NCBI GenBank assembly: GCA_964247055.1
Contig: OZ176057.1
Location: 1,178,001 to 1,242,000, forward strand
Direction: 5' to 3'
Origin: Paragordius varius
Lineage: Eukaryota > Animalia > Nematomorpha
Length of the DNA stretch: 64,000 nt
Positions 1 to 12,919 of the stretch are shown here, piece after piece (positions within the stretch are counted from its first letter, which is position 1; each line of letters starts with the position of its first letter). A program made the position numbers and the translations under genes. Below the pieces are notes generated by a model. That model saw only the letters and a list, made by a program, of their open reading frames with translations, searched no databases and was not told where the DNA came from.

Positions 1-59
1 GTATATTATGGTAAGAACATGTATATATACTAATTTTAAATAGCTTTCAGGGTACATTT

Positions 60-305
60 TACCAGCAAAATCTTGATTCAGTTTTCGTTACAATCGTTTT
101 TGGAGGTGTCCCAATTTTAGACTCTATAAGTGACAAAACTCTAAAAAATACAAGCTTTTTTATGTAATACTTGAGCTAAATGTTTGATTATTAATTTTTG
201 ACCAAAATAACTTTTAAAATAAAACTAAGGTCATATACAAAATTGAGCTTTGGGATATAAAACTACCCCAAAATGTAAACTAGGACAAAAAAGTGAAATG
301 GTAAT
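60..305. repeat. Dispersed repeat copy; homologous inverted copy at about 63270-63480
   Basis: Shared blocks such as ATAAAACTACCCCAA(A/T)ATGTAAACTAGGACAAAA and TTTTAGACT...GACAAAACT align with the reverse complement of 63270-63480. Confidence 0.6.
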
Positions 306-2564
306 AATGTTAACTATCAATTTTTAAGAAATATGGATATATATTTTTTTCAATTCCGATTTTAAAATAATAGATAGATGAGGAAATTTCAAATATACCA
401 AATTATATACTTATATATCACAACATCAATGAGTGAGGATTTATATAATTCATAATTTGATATAAAATTAATTTATATATTCTATTTATATCGATATATA
501 TAGACGTTGTGATTGAAACAGTAAGATAACATATTGAAGGCGGCTATGAAAAACTTCGATTTTCTTCTCAAAAATTAATATTTTTACATTTATTGAATTT
601 ATAATTAGTCAAAAATTTAATAAATATTTTTGCTTTTCTTTACTTCATTCTTTTTTTTGATCAAAATTTTTTAAAAATTTTGAGATGATAAAATTTTTTA
701 GCAGAATCAACGATTACTCTATATTAAAATGGTTGGATTCTTATCACCATGCTTCAAATACCTTTTTAATTTATATAACACCTTTTATTGTAATCATTTT
801 ATATTTTAGAGTATATTCATACTTTAGAGCTTAAGGCTATAAATAAATTGATATGATATTTGATTCGATTATAATCTAATTTGTTCTCTGGATCTAAAAA
901 ACTCTGTTAGTCTAAATTTGGATATTTACAAATCAGGTTAAATAAAGGCAGCTTATTAAAAAATTAAGAAAGGTATATCAGAACTTTTTAATTTAAATTT
1001 TTGATACAGGATTGCAAAATTTATAAAATAAATAGACAACATTTTTATCTGTTAGACTTAAAATATATCACTAATTCTCGAAACTTAAACATTCACTCGC
1101 CTAAAATTGATTAATAAATTAAATTTAACCATTTTACAATTTTATTTAGCTTTAAGTTATAAAGTTTGGAGGCCCGCGTTGTTGATTTTTTAACAATTTT
1201 ATATATTTCAAGAAAATTTATTGTACAAAATCAGTGCAACAAAAATCTTGATGAATGTTTTAATAGGATAATGTATCAGATTATAATGGTATTTTTGGGG
1301 CATTTAAAAAAATATTTACACATTTGTGATAATTACCCGATGTCAAAAATACTCACATATATTTTTTTTGTGAAAGCTAAACACTCCTTCCAAAAAATAT
1401 AAGCAAATTTATCACAATTATAATAGAGAACCAACATTTTTTAAAATTTTTGATTTGGGGTCATTCGTAAGTCTCAAATGTCCCCACCCACGCTTCCTTT
1501 TAGGGGGCTAGTTTTCAAAATAAACTCATAAAGGCTGAGGTTGCAAACAATTTCTAATATGTGCGTCCATTTTAGAAAAAACAAATTTTTATTGAGTTTT
1601 TGTTGGAATATTCTTCATGCTTTTTCGAAGCATGGTGAAATGTTATGATTAGGTTTTAAGATATTTTAAATTTAATCTTTTTACATAATTAGAGGATGCT
1701 GAACATTTCTATCACTATTGTTTGCTTTAAAAAACGAGTGAATTTTTGTAGTCAAAAAATTTATATTAACATATTGGAGCAAATTTTTAAATAAAACTAC
1801 TGAGGTGAAGAAATGTACAGCATCATTCATTATATAGAATAAGTGTTTTCATAACATCTTTATGTTTTCTGACCGTTTCTATGTTAAAATAGGAAGTATT
1901 CTCCAACAAAATAAGCTGGAAAATATATAAATTTTCAAAAATAATTTTTCTTGATGTAATCTACCATATATCTTAAATTTGTAGCAAAATATGGGAATTT
2001 TGGGGATATTCTAAGAAAGTTACCATTTTAGACGATAAATTTGGATATTTTGAAAGATATATAATATATTTAATTATATATTGATATAATTTTATTTTTC
2101 AAATTTATTTAGGAAAATCTGGTCAAATAAGTCCAAACCAACAGCACCATTTCCACATTTCTGTATCAAAATATACATATTTCATCATGATTAATTGCCC
2201 TTGGATTTTGGGCCCAATGTTATGATAAAATATTTATAAGGATTTTCACATCGGTTTAGGGGTTTGCGAAATTAAATAAATGATATCAATCTAAAGGTTT
2301 TAATCCAAATATTCTGATATACACAGTGTACATTAAAAATATCCTGGTGAAATATATCTGATTGAATAAATGTATCAGAATTATAATTGTACTTTTGATT
2401 TTGGTCCTTACGAGTATTTTAAAATTCTGGAGGTAGGGCTCCATATAAAAAAATATTGCACATATTTTTTTATTTTTTTGGTGAAAGCTTAATGCATTCT
2501 AACATCACCAAAATAGATAATAAATTTCTTAAAAAGCAAATAATTTTTTTTAAAAAATTTATTT

Positions 2565-3170
2565 TTTAGATGTTCTCTCCGAAAGTCTCAAATTTTTCTC
2601 TAATATGGGCTAGTTTTTTAAAATAACCCCGCAAAGTTTAACTAAAAATGCATGCTTTTTCAAAAATTTAATTTTTAGCAAAGTTTTATTGGCATTTTTC
2701 ATATTAATTTTTGGCATGTTGGAAAATTTATAAAACCAGTAATATAAAAAAATCTTCTCTTATAAATTCGGGGATGCTTAAAAATTGTTTAATTGATTTA
2801 AAATTCTGTTAGCTTTCATAGTATTATTTTTATAAATAATCAATTTTTCATATATTAAGACAAACCAATATTTTAATACAAAATCTGAGGTGATGGAAGT
2901 GTTAAGCATCTTTATTATAGAGATAAAGTGTTTTTATGATATCTTAAAGTATCTTTATACCGTTTTCATAATGTTTTATAATGCAGCAGGCTTCAACAAA
3001 ATTTCGCTAAATTACATATATGCAATTTTAAAAATTTGATTGATATTAAAATAGGATACATTTACAAAATTTATCGCGCAATCTCGGCATTTTGACGTTT
3101 AGGTCAAGAAAACTAGCCTCTTTAAGAAAAACCTATAAATTTGAGACTTTCGAAGCTCACAGGTAAAGAT
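2565..3170. mobile_element. Non-autonomous TIR element, family D (about 600-950 bp)
   Basis: Left end TTTAGATGTT..CGAAAGTCTCAAATTTTTCTCTAATATGGGCTAGTTT; right end AAACTAGCC..AAATTTGAGACTTTCGAAGCTCAC. The internal block CCGTTT(C/T)CAT.AT...CAACAAAATTT.GCT recurs at about 1430-2050, 33215-34170, 39440-39930 and 60130-60280. Confidence 0.6.
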
Positions 3171-3674
3171 ATAATTTAATATTATTCTTTTTATGTGAAT
3201 CAGAATGTATATTCATCATAATTATGGGTTTGCAGTTGTTGCATTTTTTTCACGCCCCAATAAATTGAAATAAAATTATTGCGCCTCCTTCCTCCCGTAA
3301 ATATAAAAATGCAAAATTTAAATTTGAGGTTATTGCATAAAATATTTAAATCTCTACATAATGCCTTATATTTGATTTTTTGATATTTATATATATTTGG
3401 TAAAACCAGTTAATGAAAAATTATTTGTTATATGAAACAATCTAATGATAACTTTCCAATAATGTAATTTTATAAAATTAGATAAGCTAATCAAATATTG
3501 GTATTATTATTATTATAAAATATTATTTAATGTCATTTCTCCAAAGTTTTTGCCCTTTCCCAAGATTTTTAACGCTCTCCCTTTTTGGTAACCAACGGTG
3601 TATTCGGTCAAACCAACCAATTTTGTTATATTCTTTAACATGTTTTATGTTTTCTTGTTAGGCCACAAACATAC

Positions 3675-4809
3675 ATGTGGTTTCAGTTTTTGACTTTTAA
3701 AATTGTCGTTTATGCAGTTTTGATAGATTTTGGTATAATTGCACATTAAATTTTAGGCCAAAGCTTAAAATGTTATGAATGTAGCTCAGATACTAACCCT
3801 CAATGTGGTGAAATATGGAACTCAAAAATTAATAATATACAACCACGCGATTGCTCATACATTATTGGTGATTCCAAATATTGCTTTAAGAAAAGTCCTG
3901 TATCCGGAGGTTAAATTATTCAATATTTTATATTAAAACAATATCATATATTTAACATGCCTTACTCATATCTGGATACTTAAAATTTTACATATACATT
4001 TAAATATTAAATATGATTAGCTTTAATTTGAGTATAATAGTTGCAAACTAAATTTAAAAATATAACAACTTCATATTTGATATTCGTAAGTCATCTCTTT
4101 TCCTCTATCCAAATGTAATTTTCTTTATTTTTATTTACAAATGCCTTTAAATAATATAAAAAATTAATTTTAGGGATTACTTAAAAAATTCTTACCATAT
4201 AGATTATTTTTTTCAGAAATTGATATTTTTTTGACACTTAATTTAATATAGACTATATCAATTAATATCATTAATGCTAAAAGTTTAAATTGTTTTTAAA
4301 AATATATTATTGTTACTGGAGATCTCTATTTTTTTTAACCACAAATTTATCTCTTTACAAACTTTAATTCTAAATTTGACATTTATTTTTGATTTTGAAT
4401 ATTTATAATTTATTGAATTATTCATCTTATACAATTATACGTAGCATATTGTTTTTATTGTGCAAATTTATTTTATGTTACAGTTACTGCTTAAATTTCG
4501 AACAAAGAAACTAACCCCAATTAATCCCATTATAGACATTATTAAAAATTATATAATTTTTTAATTTTAATATTAATTTACTCTTTAATAGGACAATTCA
4601 TAACCCGACGGGGTTGTTCAGGACCCGATGTGGGGGCAGGATGTGAATATGTTAAAATTCAAAATAAGACTTATCAAACTTGCACCCTAACATGCCAAAC
4701 GGATTTATGCAATTCGGCTTACGCGAAATCTCACCCTATCGATCTCTTCACTATACTTTTATTATTCATTTCTTTTTTTGTCATTTCAATTTTTGCTAAT
4801 TTGATTTAA
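3675..4809 (+). CDS. Secreted GPI-anchored Ly6/uPAR three-finger protein (quiver/sleepless-like), about 142 aa
   Basis: Exons 3675-3732, 3757-3909, 4592-4809, phase-consistent with GT-AG introns. Protein: MWFQFLTFKIVVYAVLIDFGQSLKCYECSSDTNPQCGEIW..RDCSY..KYCFKK..RRGCSG..GCEY..QTCTLTCQTDLCNSAY..LFTILLLFISFFVISIFANLI*. It has a signal peptide, 10 Cys including CYEC and C-x3-D-x-CN, and a hydrophobic GPI-signal tail. The first intron is only 24 nt. Confidence 0.85.
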
Positions 4810-5033
4810 ATTATTTTAAAGATGAATTTTACACTAACATATATGGTAACACAAACAACAAATGAATGTTGAAATTAAACAATTTTTTTCCTGTGTGTTA
4901 TAACATTAATCATGTATATTTTTACACCATTGTACAGTTAATTCAAAATAATTTTGACCAAACTTAGATTTTAAAGGAATATTTTATTGTGCATATTTTC
5001 TCTTTGGTTTTGTGGTTTAAAATAGGAATAACG

Positions 5034-5305
5034 ATTTACCATTTACAGTTCAACACCCTTGAACAATTCAAATTTACCCCCGAAGAATTCAAATTCCCTC
5101 TACAATATATGTTTTTGTACATTAAAAATTACCTTTGTTTTTTAATATTATTAAAATATGAAATTCTCTTTAAGATTAATACAATGCTGAAAAAATAATA
5201 AACTATACCTTAAGAATATATTTCATATTAATGTTGATTTATATTAGCCCAAAAACACATAAATCATTTTTAGGGTGAATTTAAATTGTTCAAGGGTGAA
5301 ATTTA
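5034..5305. mobile_element. MITE family B (ends ATACCATTTACA.../...TGTAAATGGTAT, 21-bp subterminal repeats)
   Basis: TACCATTTACAGTTCAACACCCTTGAACAATTCAAATTTACCC at left; TTTAGGGTGAATTTAAATTGTTCAAGGGTGAAATT at right. Further copies at about 8973-9238, 44320-45035, 45741-45990, 47815-48104 and 53826-54197. Confidence 0.65.
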
Positions 5306-6534
5306 TGTCGAAATTAGTGAGCTTTAATAAACTATCAGAAGATACCTTTCATAAATAATATTTGCCTTTAATTTTTATCTTTTTACAATTTTAAATGTAA
5401 ATTATATATGAATTGATTATAAACTCGCATGAACTTAATTAATTGTTTAAAATAAGCTTTTTTAATAAAAAAATATATTTTATATGAATAAAAAATGCAT
5501 TATGGCTCAAAATATCTTGTTTTATATGTTATTTTATTATTACAAACAAGTTATAATCAATTTTATTACTTAATGTAAATTTGAACATGAAAATCATCAT
5601 CATTCCAAAACATGTGATAAAATTATTTTATATTTCGAATTATATTGAATAAATTTATTTTATATTTACCATTTTACACCCCAAGAGTGTCCTTAAACTT
5701 GTAAGGTTTGTTTTTAACCTCTAATTTTTGATATTAATTTATTTTTTTAATATTTAGATATTTTTCAATCCAATAGTTTGTTTTACAAGGGTCAACGTTT
5801 AAGGATCAACTTGGAATGTTCAAGCTAATTGAAGTTTTAAACTGCAAATCATATCTTATCAATTTATGTATTAAATTTTTTTTCAATCATTAATTACCTG
5901 AAACTGAAAGTGTTAGTTTATATTAATGTGTTAATATTAATGGACAACCAGCAACTTTGCCCCAAATTTTTTATTAACATTATTACCTTTTTGTTTGATT
6001 TAGTAGGATATATAGAATGTTAGGATTAAATCTATAATTGTATATAAAGTTAATCAAGATTATGCAAAAAATCAAAAAAACTATAGGAGAAATATTTTTG
6101 TTTTAAAATCTTGATTGGTTTACGAAATAAGAATGTAAATTGGAAATTAGAGTCAATTATAAAATTGTATAATTATGTAATTTATGTTGGAAAAATCAAG
6201 GTTTGATAAAGTATGGTTATTTTTTATCCCTAAATTTTTACCTCTTTTATTGTCTGTATGATTCCAATTATTACTGTATAATATCAAAGAGTATTTAGGC
6301 TTTATACATTAATAATGATAAAAAAGATGTTCCGGTTTTGTAAAATTCTGTAATGTCGATAAAAATTCGGACATCATTTTTGATTTTAAAATTAATATCT
6401 TTCAAACATTCGTTGGACAATCAAAAGAAAGCATAATGAAATTGGTTTGTTTCAAATTACAGTAAGTAATAAAATTATAAAAAAGCAACCCATACAAAAT
6501 ACCATGATAAAATTTAATAAATAATCAAGGAAAT

Positions 6535-6660
6535 TACAGTAAAAACTGAAATTTTACGGATAAAACGTAAAAATATAAAGACAAATATTTTTTTCCAAAA
6601 CATAACCTTATTAAATCTTGATTTTTTTAACTCATTATTTAATATGGTAAAATATGAAAT

Positions 6661-6698
<38 letters not shown>

Positions 6699-6839
6699 AT
6701 ATCACTAAAACAATCAATTCTATGATTGCAACTAGATAGCTTTTATGGAAAAATGGTTATTAAAACTATGGTTGTATTTATGATAAAAATTTTTGTCTTT
6801 ATATTTTCACGTTTTGTCCGTATAATTTCAATTACAGTA
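6535..6839. mobile_element. MITE family C, Tc1/mariner-like (TA-CAGT ends)
   Basis: TIR TACAGTAAAAACTGAAATTTTACGGATAAAACGTAAAAATATAAAGACA versus TGTCTTTATATTTTCACGTTTTGTCCGTATAATTTCAATTAC(A/T)GTA. Copies at about 10921, 11249-11528, 20040-20369, 24889-25163 and 46883-47164. Confidence 0.7.
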
Positions 6840-6962
6840 TACTCATTGAACATTGGAGTCCTATATCTTTTCCGCAAAATTAAGCCTAGCCTGCTTTTTA
6901 AATTTTATTTATTATTCTAGAACATAACTAACTTAGTTTTACATTTAAAAGCAGACCTTATT

Positions 6963-8168
6963 ATGAAAACAAAATCCTCAAAAATATATATATTGGGAAA
7001 TTGTGGTGATAAGTTAACAACATCCAACGTATCTAGAACAACATCATCTAAATTATCTATTGATAGTTATAATAATGAAGAAAACATTGATTTTGTATCA
7101 AATCCATTTTGTACAGATAGATTTCGTATAAATCCTTACCATTCTGCTTTAATTTGGAATTCTCGTTACCTATTTATATTTGGTATATGTTTTATAGCCT
7201 TAAAATTTTTGGTATCGATTTATTATTCAGTAAATATTTAAATTATACGTACAACCGTAAAATATAAAAAAGGAAACCATACTTTTTAACCCTGACATTT
7301 CCTACATAAACTAGAAAATTAAAATTTTAAGTTATATAATTCGGTATATTACCAATTTACATCTCTAAATACCTTTTTGCAAATTAAGAACGAGGTAATA
7401 AATAGAAGGTTTGTTTCTCTTCAGAAAAAAATGTTTATCCTTGAATTTTACGTTTCGTCCGCATAATTTAAATTTTTATTGTAGCTACGAACTTAAACAA
7501 TAGTATATGCTTCAAGGTTAATTTAGAGTTGCCCTATAAAATTTTGAGGGGAGGCACAGAAAAAAATTAATAATAACGATTATTCGATACCGACTATAAG
7601 ATTGACGGATTTTATATCAAGTTTGTTTGCAAGCTTAATAAAAGTTAATATATAATTTGACAAACACTGTTTCATTTAAACCTTAGGTGGGCTAAAACCT
7701 CTTGAAAATGGAAACGGTCAAAACTTATTTTGTCCGACTAGGACAGTTTATCGATACTGCTTAGACCAGCGAGTTTGGAGTAAGGTCCATTCTATGCCAA
7801 TAGCTAGAATCTTTGCAAAATACATCGAAGTACCTGCTGACCAAAACAAAATTTTAGCCATAGGCGGATTAAATAGTTGTCTTGGGTATTTTTTATAAAT
7901 ATACACCTTTACAATTATAATAAATTAATTTAATTATTATACGGACAAAAAGTAACAATCAAAAGATAAATAATTTAATGAAAACTTTTTAAATATAATT
8001 TATCGTTTTATGTTCCAAAATAAGGATAAAACATGTTTGGTATTGCACGCATTTAATCATACGATTGAATTATTATATAATATCTAAGAAATATTAAATT
8101 GTGGTTTAGCAATAGGTACCTGACTTCTTTTTACGATTTGTCTTTATAATATCCATTTTTGCTAATAT

Positions 8169-8207
<39 letters not shown>

Positions 8208-9238
8208 GAATCCAAAACGTTGCTTAAGAAAATTACCCCAAAAACTATGATAAGCCTGGATTTAAGAATTTTCGTTATAAAAATGTTTTTTATAAAAAAT
8301 AATGGCTAAAAGTTTGCTTATTAATAGGTAAAAGTAAACGATATAAGTCGGCCTTTAAAAAGAAACACATTTCTTGAAATAATATTGAAAATTTACATAA
8401 AATATTATAAAAAGTAGGGTAGGTTGAAATGCAATTTTCTACATTAGCTTCTTAATTTGTGTATTAAAGACAGTAGATTTCTTCGTTCGGCCCCTGTAAT
8501 GAGTAATTTAGTATTTTTTTGAGCCTTATAATTTTTCTAAGCATTGTAGTTATATTTGGTTTAAATATATATATTTTTTATCTCAAATACCGAGAAAAAT
8601 CAAGAAAGTAGAGTGCAAAAATAAGCTTTTTAGACAAAATTGAATCAAATTTCAATATTAAAATTTATAAATTTTAAAAAATCTCTTTGTATTTAGCTTT
8701 ACTTTATGATAAAGCTTTGTATCACAAGCTTAAAAGTTATATATTGTATTGTCAATTTTGCAAAGTTTTGCCGTTTTTATTCATGGAAATTTTCCATAAT
8801 TTTTTAATAACTGACTGCTTAAAATACGTTTTTTAAATTTATATATTGTATATGCTACGTAATCGCCAATTTTTTACGAATTAAGCTTTTGAGTTTTTCT
8901 ATCCGAAATAACTAGAAGCAGTAACTTAATTTTTACTCTGTATTTGGCGCACTATACATCAATATAATACATATACCATTTATTCGAATTCACTCTTTAA
9001 CAATTAAAATTAACCCTAAAAATAAATTATGTGTTTTCAGCTTAATTTAAATCATAATTAATATGAAATATTTCTTGATGGCATAGTTGTTCATTTTTCC
9101 ACAATTATTTTAATTTTGAACGAAATTTCATTTTTTAAAATTTAACAAAAGGTTTTAATATTATATTCAACAAATTTATTTTGAATTTTAATTCTTTAAG
9201 GAAATCGAATTGTTCAAGGGTGAATTTGAGATGTAAAT

Positions 9239-9286
<48 letters not shown>

Positions 9287-10690
9287 CAAAATGAGTACAA
9301 TAGGACAGATTGACGCTTATGACGTAATAAAAGATGAATGGTTTCCATGGTTAAATCTTAACAAGGAGTATCCTGGTAAGTTTTGTCTTTTTAAAATATT
9401 TTTAGACTCAAAGAATATCGGTTATTTTGGCATGGGTGTAAGCCTATCATACGATCCGAATTATATCATATTTGCGGGTGGATGTCAACAAACATCACTT
9501 GAATCCATTTACTACATATCCGATAACTTTACCCGACTGCATGTAATAACCAAAAAGTTAACCATATTTTTCCATTTATTATATAATTTCATAATTTCAT
9601 AAGGCGTATACTATGAGGCGGGGGTGTCCAACACGCGGCCCCTAAAAACTTGGAAATCCATAATTTGCTCATATATATATATTTAATTATAACATTTGCA
9701 CTTCAAGAGTGTCCTTGAACATTTCAAGTTGGTCCTTGAACAATTGTTGGTCCTTGAACAGTTCAAGTTGGTCCTTTGACTTTTTTGTTTTGTTTTTAAT
9801 TTTTATCAATCAAATCGTAAATTATTCATTTATTTTATTGTTTTTAACCTTATTTCTATTATTTACATAAATTTTGAATCGATATCAACTTTTAATCTTT
9901 GAGAAACCGTATATCTTTATTAATTTCTTAAAATAATTTTGAATATTCATAAGATTTTAACACAAAAGAAAAAATATAGAAGTTTTCTGGGTTATTAATT
10001 AAAATTTTTCATTAAAAACATTGAAGAATCAATAATTTTGTTCAATTGAAAAAAAATAGTTTGAAACAGAAAAGTGGTTTTTCAATAAAAAAATTTATTT
10101 TAAATGAATAAATATATAATAAATAAAGAAAATTAGGTTAAAAAATAATAAAATTAAAAAGTAACAAAAATTATGGTTAAATTAAAATTTATTATTTATC
10201 AGGACCAACTTGAAGTGTTCAAGGACACTCTTGTAGTGCAAATGGTATATTATCTATGCAATTGATATTTTATAAAGTTATGAATGAATAATATCCAATT
10301 GGCAATGAACATTAGAAAAAATTGTCATTTGTGTTTGCATTTTACAGTCCGATGTTCGAAACGTAATAAAATGTATATCAATGACCATATGCAGCCCACA
10401 AAGCCATTTGTATTGAAAACCTCTCGCTTTAAGCGATTAGTTAGGTATGTAAAAATATTTGCTCAAGGAATGTTTAACTGTGAAACTAATTGTTTTAATT
10501 ACGAACAATCTTTTATCTTATTCAAATAATGGTTTAACTCGAATTGGACAGTTATTTTTATACAAACGCAATTTATAAGGAGACCTATAGCGGCATTCAG
10601 GGTAGGGCGCAGTGTACTTTTCTTGTGTAACGCTCGCTTGGCAAAAATATATCTTCATAAAATTTCAATCATTTATGATTGATAAAATTC

Positions 10691-10735
<45 letters not shown>

Positions 10736-12919
10736 CGTGGACATTTGCTAGCCCACCCATTAATTTTAAACCATTTGTAAATTTATTTTTTGCGGTTTAT
10801 ATAAAAAAATTTCTACAAAATTCTGTGTCGAGAGTAACAAAATTTTGGTAAAATACTAATCTAAATTATTATCGTAGCTGATGTGAAAGGGCTATTTGAC
10901 ATTCACGATAATAAATAAGATACAGTAAAAATTAAAATTAAACGGACAAAGGCAAAAATATAATGAAAAATATTTTTCAAGACCGGTGTTTTTAAACTTG
11001 ATTATTTAAATAGATCGAGTTATTGATTGCAAAGGATAAAATTGTGTTCTGGTACACAATCGATTACATATTTTACAATTGTTATAATTTATATAAGAAA
11101 AAATGAAGTTTTAAAAATCATGGTCGCCTATTTAAAAAAATATTTGTCCTCACTACATTTTGTTCGCATAATTTACATGCAATCATACCGTTATGTTAAA
11201 TTAAATTATTGTCACATAATGGCAAATATTTTTACTTGGCCTAAAAAATACAGTAGAAATTGAAATTGTACGGACAAACGTAAATAGGTAAATACAAATA
11301 TTTTCAATCGAATGCTGCACATTTTAAAACTCGCCTTTAAAAAAACTCATTGTTTTAAATTGCAAACTATTAAGTAGAGATGTATAATTGATAACACAAT
11401 CAATTTACCATTGTAATAAAATAGTGTTTATGTGTGAAAAAATAAGGTTTAAAAAAGTGTTGTTGCCTTTTAACAAGAAAATATTTGTCTTTACGTTTTG
11501 TCCGTACATCAAATAAATTTTTACTGTAATACTATATTTTGATAGGTTTGAAAGTATAGGTAAGTTGCCCTATCCAATAGCATATGCATCTCTTACACTA
11601 GTTGACAAAACCATATACCTCGTTGGCGGTATAACTTATTACTGTAAAGATCTAAGTAAAACGAATAAGGACAATGTAATAACTTTGAATTCAAACATTT
11701 TCAAATACGATTTTTCACAAAAGAAGTCTACAAAATGGACCTTAATTCGAAAACTCGCAATTCCTGTGGCTTTTCACACTACCATATATGATCCTATAAG
11801 TATAGTAATTATTTAATTAAATCTTACAGCATTTTTTTGTAAAGAAGAACCTTGATTTTTTTCCCATAAACTAATTAATGATTGAGTGTTAGAATTTACA
11901 TTCTTATTTTTTTACTAGAGCGCATGAGTTATAATTAGGATCAAGTCCTTAGAAAAAATATTTGTCTTTAAATTTTTACGTTTTCATTCAATTTTTTTAC
12001 ATTTATAACATAAATTAAATAAACGCTACATCATGAATCCTATTAAAGAAAATACAGACTATCCCTTTTTCACAATATAACTCTATTTTTGAAAAAAAAT
12101 TGATTTATTATAAATTAAAAATTAGAACATTATTAATTTCAAGTATTCTTTATAGCATAGTATCTATATAATGTTTATTTCAAACGAAACATTTTTAAGA
12201 ATTATTATAGCAAAAAATAGAGGGTAATATTTGATATGCAAAAGTACATAATTTATTCTAGAGCAATTTGAACTGTTCAAGGGTAAACTCAAGGTAATAT
12301 GGTATATATTTTGGATTTAATTAAATATTTTTTTTATATTTTAGAAAAACACCTGGTGATTTTGGGAGGAAAATCTGAAATGTTTGATGAATCCATAACA
12401 ACCAATCTTCCCATCAATTTCAAAATAAATGACTCGGTTCAAATTCTATCTTTGCGCAATTATACACTGAAAACTTTGCGAATTTCTATCCCTATATGTG
12501 ATGGTGTATCCTATATTACCTTTTCTAATACAGATTAAATATTATTTTTTATATATAATTATAATTTAAATAAATAAATTAATTAATTAATTTACATATA
12601 TATTATATGTGATATTAATATCTTTGTAAAGAGTATCTTAAAATATAATTGACTCAAATAATTTTTGACAATACCAAATCACCACTAAAAGAGATTATAT
12701 AGGGGTAAACTTTGACCCAAATATAAACCCAAATTTAAGTAATTAATATTATTTAATATAGTAGATTAAATAAAATTTATTTAAATATTTTGAATATCAT
12801 ATTACTAGAAATAGAAATTTTTTTACAAGTGCAAATCATAACAAGACATGATAAAATGCGTAATGTTACGATTTAAAGGATCGTTGTTATAGGGTGTAGG
12901 GCTATTCTATGATTCATAA
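6963..12919 (+). CDS. Kelch-repeat beta-propeller protein, about 369 aa (no BTB/BACK domain found in the window)
   Basis: Exons 6963-7182, 7687-7885, 8477-8502, 9304-9375, 9406-9556, 11546-11799, 12345-12505, 12893-12919 total 1110 nt with all phases consistent. Kelch motifs: HSALIWNSRYLFIFGG, YRYCLDQRVW, ILAIGG..IDAYDVIKDEW, YIIFAGG, LPYPIAYASLTLVDKTIYLVGG, KWTLIRKLAIPVAFHTT, HLVILGG. The frame is open from an AG acceptor at 6920, so an upstream exon is possible. The last exon is less certain. Confidence 0.8.
9692..10248. mobile_element. MITE family A (about 530-560 bp)
   Basis: TIR CATTTGCACTTCAAGAGTGTCCTTGAACATTTCAAGTTGGTCC versus GGACCAACTTGAAGTGTTCAAGGACACTCTTGTAGTGCAAATGGTAT. The internal sequence is clearly alignable to the copy at 44360-44884. 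Confidence 0.8.

Noticed and set aside
11-170. Apparent 40-nt intron and exon (GTFYQQNLDSVFVTIVFGGVPILDS)
   Set aside because: The sequence aligns with the dispersed repeat at 63270-63480, so the open frame is probably incidental.
6325-6461. Candidate upstream Kelch exon ending at GTAAGT (6462)
   Set aside because: The long open frame ends in phase 2, while the 6921 acceptor needs phase 0. The phase-0 frame has no usable acceptor or ATG.
9715-9775. Short direct repeats (21-bp MITE subrepeats, 149-bp array) as a CRISPR array
   Set aside because: No unique spacers, no cas genes, and a eukaryotic context.
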